Assembly (NCBI RefSeq): GCF_032444005.1
Contig: NC_091288.1
Span: forward strand, 204,290,001-204,354,000
From: Ranitomeya imitator
Taxonomy: Eukaryota
Direction: 5' to 3'
Length of the DNA stretch: 64,000 nt
Shown here: piece by piece, positions 14,152 through 28,000 of the stretch
How the letters are laid out: each line of letters opens with the position of its first letter
Numbering within the stretch: position 1 is the stretch's first letter
Program-made: the position numbers and the translations under genes
Notes under the pieces: generated by a model
The model's database searches: none
Told to the model about the DNA's origin: nothing
What the model saw: only the letters and a program-made list of their open reading frames with translations

Positions 14152-16348
14152 CAGCCCCGTCCTCCTCCTAATACACAGCAATCAGGACACGGCCCCGTCC
14201 TCCTCCTAATACACAGGGATCAGGACACGGCCCCGTCCTCCTCCTAATACACAGCCATCAGGACACGGCCCCGTCCTCCTCCTAATACACAGCCATCAGG
14301 ACACGGCCCCGTCCTCCTCCTAATACACAGCCATCAGGACACAGCCCAGTCCTCCTCCTAATACACAGCCATCAGGACACGGCCCCGTCCTCCTCCTAAT
14401 ACACAGGGATCAGGACACGGCCCCGTCCTCCTCCTAATACACAGGGATCAGGACACGGCCCCGTCCTCCTCCTAATACACAGGGATCAGGACACGGCCCC
14501 GTCCTCCTCCTCACACACGGCCCCATCCTCCTCCTAATACACAGCGATCAGGACACGGCCCCGTCCTCCTCCTAATACACAGGGATCAGGACACGGCCCC
14601 GTCCTCCTCCTAATACACAGGGATCAGGACACGGCCCCGTCCTCCTCCTCACACACGGCCCCATCCTCCTCCTAATACACAAGGATCAGGACACAGCCCC
14701 GTCCTCCTCCTAATACACAGCCATCAGGACACGGCCCTGTCCTCCTCCTCACACACGGCCCCATCCTCCTCCTAATACACAGGGATCAGGACACGGCCCC
14801 GTCCTCCTCCTAATACACAGGGATCAGGACACGGCCCCGTCCTCCTCCTAATACACAGGGATCAGGACACGGCCCCGTCCTCCTCCTAATACACAGGGAT
14901 CAGGACACGGCCCCGTCCTCCTCCTAATACACAGGGATCAGGACACGGCCCCGATCTCCTCCTAATACACAGGGATCCGGACACGGCCCCATCCTCCTCC
15001 TAATACACAGGGATCAGGACACGGCCCCGATCTCCTCCTAATACACAGGGATCAGGACACGGCCCCATCCTCCTCCTAATACACAGGGATCAGGACACGG
15101 CCCCATCCTCCTCCTAATACACAGGGATCAGGACATGGCCCCGTCCTCCTAATACACAGCCATCAGGACACGGCCCCATCCTCCTCCTAATACACAGGGA
15201 TCAGGACACGGCCCCGTCCTCCTCCTAATACACAGCCATCAGGACACGGCCCCATCCTCCTCCTAATACACAGCCATCAGGACACGGCCCCATCCTCCTC
15301 CTAATACACAGGGATCAGGACACGGCCCCGATCTCCTCCTAATACACAGGGATCAGGACACGGCCCCATCCTCCTCCTAATACACAGGGATCAGGACACG
15401 GCCCCATCCTCCTCCTAATACACAGGGATCAGGACATGGCCCCGTCCTCCTAATACACAGCCATCAGGACACGGCCCCATCCTCCTCCTAATACACAGGG
15501 ATCCGGACACGGCCCCATCCTCCTCCTAATACACAGGGATCAGGACACGGCCCCGATCTCCTCCTAATACACAGGGATCAGGACACGGCCCCATCCTCCT
15601 CCTAATACACAGGGATCAGGACACGGCCCCATCCTCCTCCTAATACACAGGGATCAGGACATGGCCCCGTCCTCCTAATACACAGCCATCAGGACACGGC
15701 CCCATCCTCCTCCTAATACACAGGGATCAGGACACGGCCCCGTCCTCCTCCTAATACACAGCCATCAGGACACAGTCCCGTCCTCCTCCTAATACACAGC
15801 CATCAGGACACGGCCCCATCCTCCTCCTAATACACAGGGATCAGGACACGGCCCCGTCCTCCTAATACACAGCCATCAGGACACGGCCCCATCCTCCTCC
15901 TAATACACAGGGATCAGGACATGGCCCCGTCCTCCTAATACACAGCCATCAGGACACGGCCCCATCCTCCTCCTAATACACAGGGATCAGGACACGGCCC
16001 CATCCTCCTCCTAATACACAAGGATCAGGACACAGCCCCGTCCTCCTCCTAATACACAGGGATCAGGACACGGCCCCATCCTCCTCCTAATACACAGGGA
16101 TCAGGACATGGCCCCGTCCTCCTAATACACAGCCATCAGGACACGGCCCCGATCTCCTCCTAATACACAGGGATCAGGACACGGCCCCATCCTCCTCCTA
16201 ATACACAGGGATCAGTACACAGCCCCGTCCTCCTCCTAATACACAGGGATCAGGACACGGCCCCGTCCTCCTCCTCACACACGGCCCCGTCCTCCTCCTC
16301 ACACACGGCCCCGTCCTCCTCCTCCTCACACACGGCCCCGTCCTCCCC
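14152..16348. repeat. 39-bp minisatellite, roughly 55 copies, upstream of the ANKS3 ATG exon
   Basis: (CCCGTCCTCCTCCTAATACACAGGGATCAGGACACGGCC)n with GGG/GCC variants and shortened units. Confidence 0.93.
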
Positions 16349-16349
16349 C

Positions 16350-17250
16350 ATACACCGGTTCCTGTAGCTGACCACCTTTCTTGGCTCTCGCAGCCTTCAG
16401 CCTCCAGCTGTTGTTCTCTCTTCCCGCTCGGGACTCTGGATTCTGTAGTTCTCTCCTATTTAGTAACTTCTAACTTGCGATTTTCTGCCAACTACATTTC
16501 CCACAGTACTCTGCGGCAAGCTCGGCCTTTCTTTTGAGTGACAGCAGTTGTATCCAATCAATGCACAAATCATTGAAGGGCGTCTATAGTAAAGTAACCA
16601 ATAGGAAGACACCACACAACGTCCTGTCCGCTGCACACTGCAGAATATACATAAACGCTGCTCTAGCTAATAGAAGTGACACACAAGTGCTCGTGCAGTC
16701 CCGGGACTCTGTGTCCTTATATTCTGAGCCCGAGCTCTGTCCGGACACCGATTACAGACGCTGCGATTTCGCTTGTGTTTTATCTATCTGCCAGGACCTC
16801 AAGAGGCGGAGCGTGGACTGGTTGTCTGGGTGACGAAAAGGTGAGCGACGCGAAAGGACGTTATGGGCGTGGCTAGAATGAGTTTAGTAGGCGTGGTTTG
16901 TAGTTGGCAACCTCGCATTAGCTTGGAAGTGGGCGTGGTATATCCTCGCACCTGTAGTTATCCGGCAGGTGGGCGTGTCCTAGTGAAGGGGCGGGGCTGT
17001 TCCCGGTGTTTTGAAAGAAGAACGCAATAAGTGACAGACGGTTGTTCGGTGAACGTCAGTATTAACGTTAAGGCCCCGGAGGGGAAGGTGCCGGGAAATA
17101 GGGAGTGTATACAGGAGGCGAATATTCACCGCGGCCGTACCCGGTACACACGGAGCAGGGAGACGGGGTTTCCATGGAGACAGGTACGCTGTGAGGAGTA
17201 ATGAAGGGACACAGCAGGGGCGCGGAAAGGGGCAACGAGTGACTGCGCCC
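16350..17250. promoter_or_regulatory. CpG-rich bidirectional promoter of ANKS3 (-) and DNAAF8 (+)
   Basis: Lies between two divergently transcribed genes. ZNF143/Staf-type ACTACATTTCCCA at 16491-16503. CCAAT at 16554 and 16598. Several GGGCGTGG/GGGGCGGGG GC boxes at about 16865-16996. X-box GTTTCCATGGAGAC at 17168-17181, followed by a candidate donor AG|GTACGC at 17183. Confidence 0.7.
17168..17181. promoter_or_regulatory. RFX-type X-box
   Basis: GTTTCCATGGAGAC is a near-palindrome matching the X-box consensus GTNNCCATGGNAAC at all but one position, in the promoter of two ciliary genes. Confidence 0.65.
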
Positions 17251-17384
17251 CCCCAAAAAAAACAATGATATATGTATCTATCTATATGTCCCTATTGTGT
17301 TCCCCAGCAGGCGCCTGGTGTGGATACTATAAAGTATGACGCCCCAAAAATGGCCTCATCTACCCACTAAGCAAGATGGTGTCC

Positions 17385-19410
17385 TCCAGCAGCCCCCCAA
17401 TCAGTGAGATAGCCCCCCAATCCGTATAATGCCCCGCAATCAGTGAGATAGCCCCCCAGCCCCACAATCAGTATTATATACCCCACCAGCCCCCCAATCA
17501 GTGAGATAGCCCCCCAATCCGTATAATGCTCCGCAATCAGTGAGATAGCCCCCCAATCAGTGAGATAGCCCCCCAATCCGTATAATGCTCCGCAATCAGT
17601 GAGATAGCCCCCCAATCCGTATAATGCCCCGCAATCAGTGAGATAGCCCCCCAATCCGTATAATGCCCCGCAATCAGTGAGATAGCCCCCCAATCCGTAT
17701 AATGCCCCGCAATCAGTGAGATAGCCCCCCAATCCGTATAATGCCCCGCAATCAGTGAGATAGCCCCCCAATCAGTATAATGGCCCCCAGCCCCCCAATC
17801 AGTATAATGGCCCCCCAGCCCCACAATCAGTATAATGGCCCCCCAGCCCCACAATCAGTATAATGGCCCCACCAGCCCCCCAATCAGTATAATGGCCCCA
17901 CCAGCCCCACAATCAGTATAATGGCCCCCCAGCCCCACAATCAGTATAATGGCCCCACCAGCCCCACAATCAGTATAATGGCCCCACCAGCCCCCCAATC
18001 AGTATAATGGCCCCCCAGCCCTACAATCAGTATAATGGCCCCCCAGCCCCACAATCAGTATAATGGCCCCCCAGCCCCACAATCAGTATAATGGCCCCCC
18101 AGCCCCACAATCAGTATAATGGCCCCCCAGCCCCCCAATCAGTATAATGGCCCCCTAGCCCCACAATCAGTATTATAGTCTCCACCAGCCCCAATCAGTG
18201 AGATAGCCCCCCAATCCGTATAATGGCCCCCCAGCCCCACAATCAGTATAATGGCCCCCCAGCCCCACAATCAGTATAATGGCCCCCCAGCCCCACAATC
18301 AGTATAATGGCCCCCCAGCCCCCCAATCAGTATAATGGCCCCCTAGCCCCACAATCAGTATTATAGTCTCCACCAGCCCCAATCAGTGAGATAGCCCCAC
18401 AATCAGTATAATGGCCCCCCAGCCCCACAATCAGTATTATAGTCTCCACCAGCCCCAATCAGTGAGATAGCCCCCCAATCCGTATAATGGCCCCACCAGC
18501 CCCACAATCAGTATAATGGGGCCCCCCAGCCCCACAATCAGTATAATGGCCCCACCAGCCCCCCAATCAGTATAATGGGGCCCCCCAGCCCCACAATCAG
18601 TATAATGGCCCCACCAGCCCCACAATCAGTATAATGGCCCCCCAGCCCCACAATCAGTATAATGGCCCCCCAGCCCCACAATCAGTATAATGGCCCCCCA
18701 GCCCCACAATCAGTATAATGGCCCCCCAGCCCCACAATCAGTATAATGGCCCCCCAGCCCCACAATCAGTATAATGGCCCCCCAGCCCCACAATCAGTAT
18801 AATGGCCCCCCAGCCCCACAATCAGTATAATGGCCCCCCAGCCCCACAATCAGTATAATGGCCCCCCAGCCCCACAATCAGTATAATGGCCCCACCAGCC
18901 CCACAATCAGTATAATGGCCCCCCAGCCCCACAATCAGTATAATGGCCCCCCAGCCCCACAATCAGTATAATGGCCCCCCAGCCCCACAATCAGTATAAT
19001 GGCCCCCCAGCCCCACAATCAGTATAATGGCCCCCCAGCCCCACAATCAGTATAATGGCCCCCCAGCCCCACAATCAGTATAATGGCCCCCCAGCCCCAC
19101 AATCAGTATAATGGCCCCACCAGCCCCACAATCAGTATAATGGCCCCCCAGCCCCACAATCAGTATAATGGCCCCCCAGCCCCACAATCAGTATAATGGC
19201 CCCCCAGCCCCACAATCAGTATAATGGCCCCCCAGCCCCACAATCAGTATTATAGACCCCACCAGCCCCCAATCAGTATAATAGCCCCCCAGCCCCCAAT
19301 CCGTATAATAGCCCCCCAGCCCCCAATCCGTATAATGCCCCCACCAGCCCCACAATCAGTATTATACACACCACCAGCCCTCAATCAGTTTGATACCCCT
19401 ACCAGCCCCC
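17385..19410. repeat. C-rich minisatellite with a 28-bp main unit and a 39-bp variant block, decaying to about 19700
   Basis: (AATCAGTATAATGGCCCCCCAGCCCCAC)n, plus (AATCCGTATAATGCCCCGCAATCAGTGAGATAGCCCCCC)n at about 17510-17770. Confidence 0.92.
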
Positions 19411-20029
19411 ACAATCAATATAATGGCCCCTCAACAACCCAACCAGTTGGGTTATGACACCCACCAGCCCCCCAATTAGTATTATAGCCCTCAACACTCA
19501 GTATCATGGACCCCACCATCCGTCCAGTCAGTATAATGATCCACATCAGCCTCACTGCTCAGTGTTATGGAAAATCTGTATAATGTCCACACTCAATATG
19601 ATGGCGCCCAACATCCTCCCCAATCAGTATGACGGCCGCCACCAGCCCTACCACTCAGTATGACGGCCCCTACATTACAAGCCCCCCTATCAGTATCATG
19701 GCCCCTACCAGACCCACAATTGCTAACATTACTACTCGCCTCGCCCCGCTCCCCCAGCATGCTCCTCCAGTCTGGGCAGTGTGAGTACTGAGACTACTGG
19801 CGCCACCTAGTGACGTCATCGCACCTGCAGGGCACGGAGTCTCCGACTCACCCGGCTGAATGGTGGATCACGGACGCTTTGGCTCCTGATTCACGGTTCT
19901 ATTCAGCGGGATCCACAGCCTGAGGATTCGGATACTGCGGAAATTGTGATGACGGGAAGAGGAGGGGGTCCCCTAATAGACACGTGGGCTACCAGCCTCT
20001 ATGGATAGTACACCCCTGGTACACAGTGA

Positions 20030-21776
20030 TTCCACCCGCAGAATAGTGAGTGCAGCTCTGGGGTATAATACAGGATGTAACTCAGGATCAGTAATGCAAT
20101 GTATGTACACAGTGACTGCACCAGCAGAATAGTGAGTGCAGCTCTGGGGTATAATACAGGAGGTAACTCAGGATCAGTAATGTAATGTATGTACACAGTG
20201 ACTGCACCAGCAGAATAGTGAGTGCAGCTCTGGAGTACAATACAGGATGTAACTCAGGATCAGTAATGTAATGTATGTACACAGTGACTGCACCAGCAGA
20301 GTAGTGAGTGCAGCTCTGGAGTATAATACAGGATGTAACTCAGGATCAGCAATGTATGTACACAGTGACTGCACCAGCAGAATAGTGAGTGCAGCTCTGG
20401 GGTATAATACAGGATGTAACTCAGGATCAGTAATGCAATGTATGTACACAGTGACTGCACCAGCAGAATAGTGAGTGCAGCTCTGGGGTATAATACAGGA
20501 GGTAACTCAGGATCAGTAATGTAATGTATGTACACAGTGACTGCACCAGCAGAATAGTGAGTGCAGCTCTGGGGTATAATACAGGAGGTAACTCAGGATC
20601 AGTAATGCAATGTATGTACACAGTGACTGCACCAGCAGAATAGTGAGTACAGCTCTGGGGTATAATACAGGATGTAACTCAGGATCAGCAATGTAATGTA
20701 TGTACACAGTGACTGCACCAGCAGAATAGTGAGTGCAGCTCTGGGGTATAATACAGGATGTAACTCAGGATCAGTAATGTAATGTATGTACACAGTGACT
20801 GCACCAGCAGAATAGTGAGTGCAGCTCTGGAGTATAATACAGGACGTAACTCAGGATCAGTAATGTAATGTATATACACAGTGACTGCACCAGCAGAATA
20901 GTGAGTGCAGCTCTGGGGTATAATACAGGATATAACTCAGGATCAGTAATGTAATGTATGTACACAGTGACTGCACCAGCAGAATAGTGAGTGCAGCTCT
21001 GGAGTGTAATACAGGATATAACTCAGGATCAGTAATGTAATGTATGTACACAGTGACTGCACCAGCAGAATAGTGAGTGCAGCTCTGGGGTATAATACAG
21101 GATGTAACTCAGGATCAGTAATGTAATGTATGTACACAGTGACTGCACCAGCAGAATAGTGAGTGCAGCTCTGGGGTATAATACAGGATGGAACTCAGGA
21201 TCAGTAATGTAATGTATGTACACAGTGACTGCACCAGCAGAATAGTGAGTGCAGCTCTGGGGTATAATACAGCATGTAACTCAGGATCAGTAATGTAATG
21301 TATGTACACAGTGACTGCACCAGCAGAATAGTGAGTGCAGCTCTGGGGTATAATACAGGATGTAACTCAGGATCAGTAATGTAATGTATGTACACAGTGA
21401 CTGCACCAGCAGAATAGTGAGTGCAGCTCTGGGGTATAATACAGCATGTAACTCAGGATCAGTAATGTAATGTATGTACACAGTGACTGCACCAGCAGAA
21501 TAGTGAGTGCAGCTCTGGAGTATAATACAGGATGTAACTCAGGATCAGTAATGTAATGTATGTACACAGTGACTGCACCAGCAGAATAGTGAGTGCAGCT
21601 CTGGGGTATAATACAGCATGTAACTCAGGATCAGTAATGTAATGTATGTACACAGTGACTGCACCAGCAGAATAGTGAGTGCAGCTCTGGAGTATAATAC
21701 AGGATGTAACTCAGGATCAGTAATGTAATGTATGTACACAGTGACTGCACCAGCAGAATAGTGAGTGCAGCTCTGG
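20030..21776. repeat. 86-bp tandem repeat, about 20 copies
   Basis: (CAGCAGAATAGTGAGTGCAGCTCTGGGGTATAATACAGGATGTAACTCAGGATCAGTAATGTAATGTATGTACACAGTGACTGCAC)n. The ORF track repeats every 86 nt. Confidence 0.95.
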
Positions 21777-22001
21777 GTAATTGTATTTGGTGGAGGCCAT
21801 AGCTCAGTGTGTAGGACACGGTTGCCCTTTCACCATTCCCAGTGGTGGTCCGGCCATACCTGTGTGGTAGCTCCTTATGGAGAATGTGATATACAGGGCA
21901 GGACGCTCTATAGGGGGCTGCAGAGGGAACGTTCTCCCACCCACAGTCCATTTTTCGTATATATGTGTGTATTCACCTTACAGGTCCGTGAAGGTGAGAA
22001 C

Positions 22002-25000
22002 ATGGCCAGCGAGAACGGACATGAGCTGGAGCTGCTCCTCTCCTCCCTGAAAGCTCCCTCCATAGCTTCGGATGTCAGTTCCCTGGTGAGCGCCTTACGG
22101 GGGGATCCGCGGCCCCCAGATGGGATAATCCGAGTGTCACATTCTGCTGCTTCTGTCTCTGCACAATAATCTCTCATGAACTTGTCGCTGTTTCCAGTCT
22201 GACCTGGAGTCGGAGGATGCGGAGATCCTGCAGATGGACGACTGCCGCCTCTCCGATGTGTCGGACGATGGGAGTGATGGTATTATACAGAAGGTGAGAA
22301 AAGCCAGGAGGAACGTAATGTGAACGGAGGCCGGGGCCCTGGATGAGGGCATTTACTATGGTAATCTCAATGACTCCATACTGGGAAATGGGGGAAAAAA
22401 ATGAAAGTGCAGTGGTAAAAAAAACCCAAGCAATCCGCCACGTTTACTGGGTTTCATTCTTACAGCGTTCTTTCTATATATGGTTAATATTACTATTACG
22501 GCAATGTGTGAGAGTTTTTTTATTGCATTTTTCTGAGGATGTGCCAGTTTTGTCATTTTTTTTTTTAAATCAGATATTTTTTATTAAACCATAAATATTG
22601 CACATAAACAATAAAAGGAATACTTTGTTATCAGCAATATACCAGTGTACAATACTTGTTTTTTTAAAAAAAGGAAAACATATTTAGTCCCAAACCAAAC
22701 TCCTACCCCCCTTCCCCCCCCCCCCCCTCTAGAGACCTGTCAAGAGTCGACCCCCCCTACTTTGTCATATATAAAAGTACAAGAAAAGGAAGATGATTTG
22801 TCAATAAACCTCCCAATGGAGCACAAGGTCTTTTAAATCACATTGATTCAAGCCACGGGTTCCACAGCCTGTCAAAGAGGTCCGCCTTGCTCCTCCTAAC
22901 GTAGATACTCCTCTCCAAAGCAATGATATGGTCCACTTGCTTCATAAAGTCTCTCCTTGTTGGTGGCTCTTCTCTAATCCAGAATTTGGCAATCAACTTT
23001 CGCGCGATAAATAACAGTCTGGCAATAACCACTTTATACATCTTATCAGTTATGATCTCCTCAACATAGCCCAAAACACATACCAGGGGATCACGCGGCA
23101 CAGTGCAACCATATGCCAGTCCCACTTTATTCAGCACCACCACCCAGAAGGAGGACAACCTGGGGCACTGCCATAACATATGAAGGATGCCCGCATCGGA
23201 CTGCGAGCATCTGGGGCATTCTGAACTAGATCTCAATCCGGCTTTGAATAACATATCCGGAGTTCTATATGCCCTATGAATAACAAATAATTGTGATAGC
23301 CTCCCAGGCTCGCTCATTGATATTTTGGGCACATAGTCCAGTACTGATTCCCAATGATCATTATCAATTGCCCCAAGGTCCGCCTCCCATTTCGCCCTTG
23401 CTCTAATAGGGTGTTCCTCCAAGAAAGAGAACAAAAGGAATTCGTATATTCCCGAGATCACCCCCTTCGTGCCACCCCCTACAAGGATAAAATCTAGCAT
23501 TAGGTCCACCTGTATTTCAACGGGTCCTCTCCTACACTGTGCCCGATGCGCATGTGAAAGACGGCGGTATTGAAACAACTCAGAGTCCGGTAGTAAAAAC
23601 TCCTCCTGCAGTGCATCAAAGTCTCTAATTCTGCCCTGATGTAGAATCTGGCCCATCCGAGAGATGCCTGCCTCCCTCCAATTATGAAATCCCTCCATCT
23701 GTCTAAACTCCTGTAGGACACAGTTATTCCAAATGGGTGAGAATCTAGTGAGTGCGTGCACACCCCTAATCCCCTTAACTTTGTCCCAAACCTTATGGAT
23801 GAGCCTAATAGTACAAAATTTAGAGCCCTTCTCTCGGAAATGTCCCCCCTCCAGACCCTCACTCAACACCTTCGTCCCAATCAGTGATCTCAGGCTGCAA
23901 GGTGCCCGCGTCCCACCTACCACATCTCCCCATCCCTTGAAATGCTGGCACTGTGAAGCCAAAAAATACAACCACGGATTAGGCAATGCCACCCCTCCCT
24001 CCGTCTTTGGTCTCTGTAGAGTTTCCTGTTTAAATCTGGGGCTCTTTCCACCCCAAATCAGCTCCCCAAACAAAGATCTAATCCTCCGAAACCTATTCTG
24101 CGATATCCATATAGGGGAGTTGTGCAGCACATAAAGTAGTTGTGGCATCACAATCATCTTTATCAAGTTTATCCTGCCGATTACTGATAAATGTAACTTC
24201 CTCCACGCCTGGACCTTAGTACGTATCCTCCGCAGAAGAGGTGCCAAATTCAGTTCCTCAAAGCTAGTCAAAGGGAGAGTGATCTGAATCCCCAGGTATT
24301 TAAATTTATCAACTAGCTTCAACCTTGTAGAAGAAACCTCCCCACCACCGTCCCCGCTATCCCCATCTATCAACATCATATTCGATTTGTCCCAATTGAT
24401 CCTTAGGCCCGAGTAACTACCAAATTCCTCAATAATGGCTTCCGTCTTAACCAGGGTCTCCTCAGAATCCTCCAAGAATAGCAGAATATCATCAGCGTAC
24501 AACGCTACTTTTTCCTCTGCCTCCCCGTATATAAAACCCCTCACCTCCCGGGAACCTCTGATCTTCGCAGCAAGGGGTTCCACCGCCAACGCAAAGAGCA
24601 GCGGGGACAAAGGGCAGCCCTGTCTAGTACCTCTAGACAATGAAAAGGTCTCAGAGAGAGCGTTATTCACTCTAATTTTGGCTACCGGAGAAGAGTACAA
24701 CAGCTGCACCCATGAAATAAATTTAGGTCCAAACCCCATTCGTTCCAGTACTGACCACAAATAGCTCCACTCCACGCAATCAAAAGCCTTATGGGCGTCT
24801 AAGGATACCACAACCCGTCTTCCGACATTGTCAGAGGGGATTTGCAAATTTAAAAATAACCTTCTCAGATTGAGTGCCGTTGATTTGTTGGGCATAAAGC
24901 CTGACTGATCCGGGTGAACCAGTCTGTCAATCACCCTGGATAACCTATTTGCCAGAGCTTTTGCCAGAATCTTGATGTCGGCCGTCAAAAGTGAGATTGG

Positions 25001-28000
25001 TCTATAGGATTCTGGTAGTTGTGGGTCCTTATCGGCCTTAGGTATAACGACCACAATAGCCTCTCTCATTGATGAAGGTAGCTCCCCTCTTTCCAGTGAA
25101 CTATTATACACCTCCGACAATCTGGCCAACAATGTTTCTTTCAGTACCTTGTACACCTCGGCTGGAATACCGTCCGCCCCCGGAGCCTTACCCCCAGCAA
25201 CCCCTGCCAAAGCAGCTCCCAATTCTTCCTCCCCAATCGGCTCCTCCAACTCCTCACATTCTTCTCTGCTCAACCTAGGCAGGTCAATCCCCTCCAAGTA
25301 ACCCATCATGTCCTCAGCCCCTCTCTCCACACTAGAAGTATATAGTTTATCATAGAATTTCCCAAACACTTCCAGAATCTGCTCCCCCCGAGTAGCCAAT
25401 GTTCCATCCTCCCTCTTAATGGAGTAGACGTGCGAGGAATCCCTTTGTGCGGATGCCACTACCGACAGTAAATGCCCCACCTTTTCCCCCTCTGAATAGA
25501 AAGATGCTCTTTGAAAAGCCCGCAATCTCTCCGCCTTTCTCAGATACAATTGATTGACCTCCTGTTGAGCCTTCCTCATCCGACTCTGAGACTCCCTAGA
25601 GCAATGGGCCCCCAATGCCGCCTCAGCTTCCTTCAGTTCCTCCAGGACAGCTTGATCCTGTGTTCTAGTCCTAGTCTTGTGTCGTGATATGTCCCGAAAC
25701 AAAATACCCCTCAAATACGCCTTCATAGTGTCCCATACTACATGGCATTCTGCACTACCCTCATTGATCTTAAAGAACTCCTCTATCTCAGCCCCCACAA
25801 TCTCCATGTCCAGGAGTTGTAGCCAGGAGGGGTGAACCTTCCATCCCATCTTCCGTGACCCAACCTGTTCTGATAGCTTTAATGAGACCCGCACCGGACT
25901 ATGATCTGATAGAATCCTAGGATTATATTCCACCCCACTTAGTAATTCGTTCATCCCATCATTACCCAAGGCGACATCGATTCGAGACATAGAACCGTAC
26001 GTGGTCGAGTAGCAAGAATAAGAATATGTGCTAAAATTGCGAACCCGCCATAAGTCAATCCAGCCTATTTCTCTAAGATAGTTCCCGAAAGGGGTGCCAT
26101 TCCCATCCCCGCGTAGCGGAGCGTGATTACTCTTATCCCAATGGTCATCAGCAATGTTGTTCACATCTCCCACCACCAAAAAGGGAACCCCGACCCACCC
26201 TCTCATATGCTCCAAAATCTCTTGAATTTTCTTGCCAGAATACGGCGGGGGTATATATAGTGAAACAATGCAAATCAAGCGGTTAAAAATTTTACACACT
26301 AAAAAAACATACTGACCATCCTTATCAATTTTTACTTCAATTTCCTCAAATGGAGTACTTGTATGGACCAAAACAGACACCCCCCTTGCATAATTAGAGA
26401 ACGTCGAGTGATATGCCCTGCGCACCCATTTTTTCTGTAACATATCAACTTTTTCCTCAACTAAATGAGTTTCTTGCAGGCATATCACCGAGGGCCTCTG
26501 TTTCAATAGGTACTGGAATATTGCCGCCCGCTTAGTGGCATCTGCTAGCCCCCTAACATTCCAACTTATAATATTAACATTCCCTCCCATTTCCTTAAAG
26601 AAAGATATAAGATGAGTCACCTCTCCCAGGTCTCCACCAATGCCCTCCTCCCCCCCCCTTCCCACCCCCCACCCCAACAACTAAACCAACCTTCCCCATC
26701 TGGAATTCAAAATAACTCAGATACTCCGAACTTTCTTTCTCTATATGAGAATTGAGGGCACTGGATATACCCTAGAGCTAGTTCCTTTACCGTCCATCTC
26801 TCCCCCACCCACCGCGATCAATATGAACTATTCATTGCGCCGCCGAACACAATACTGTAATCGTTAGGTATAATTAGGCCAACTTCAACAGTAACATTCA
26901 AACAGAGCCCCTCCCCCAAAGAGAGGCAGATCCAGTAGAGTTATAGATCTTCAGAATCAGTCTCAACGGTTCCGATCAGTGCCAATTTTCTTGGCATTGG
27001 TGTCCAGCCATTGCGTCGCCTCCTCCGGATTTTGAAAAAATTGAACACGATCCATCGCCACCACCCTGAGCTTGGCTGGGTAGAGCATTGAGTATTTTAG
27101 GTCCAGTTCACGGAGCCGTCGCTTGACTTCACCAAACTTCATTCTAAGTTTCTGCACCGATGCCGAGTAATCCGGATAAATGGAGATCCGACTTCCGTTT
27201 ATGCTCAGGCCATCACTCAGCCTAGCCTTCCTCAGTAGAGTTTCCCGATCCCGGTAGTCCAAAATTTTTGCCAATATAGCTCGAGGGGCAGATCCAGGCG
27301 GCAGAGGACGAGTGGGGACCCGATGAGCCCTCTCCACCGAGAAATGGTTGGTAAGGTCTGCTCCTCCCACCGAGTTCTTAAGCCATGCCTCAATATATTC
27401 AGTGGGGTTGTTTCCCTCCACCTTCTCCGGCACCCCGATTATTCTTAAATTGTTTCTCCGGGATCGATTTTCCAAATCATCTGTCTTAAATTCTAACTCT
27501 GTGATTCGTTGAATATATTTCTTTTCTCTTTTTAACAGTTCGTTTGTCTGGTCCTCCACACTGCCCACACGCTCCTCCACCACCTCCACTCTTTTTTCCA
27601 CTTTGCGCATAGCAGAATTAAGGGACTTCATTTCAACTGTGAGATCATCCACCCTTAGGTTCAGCGCAGCCAAAGCAGATTTGCAGTGTATAACGACAGA
27701 GAAAATGTCCTGCAGTGTTGGTTCCCCCGTAGTTGGCTGCTGCACTTCATTAGAATCATTGGTCTGCACAGGGCTATCAGCAGGTGTCACATTTTCTGCA
27801 CTGTGCACTCCCTGCGCCCTCCCTGGGGAACGCTGCACCTCCACTTCACTGGCCCTGACTTCCCCTCCACCTTTCTGCCTCATCAGGGCTTCCACCTCAT
27901 CAAGTCCTTCTGGACCCAACAGCAGGGCTCCGTACGGGCAAAGCGCTCCAGCCGGGCTATTACCTCCAGCCTCCGGCGGTATGAAACGCTGGCTCTGGCC

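Noticed and set aside
19999-21951. Series of 64-aa ORFs (MYIHYITDPELH...)
   Set aside because: These are translations of the 86-bp tandem unit, shifting frame each copy.
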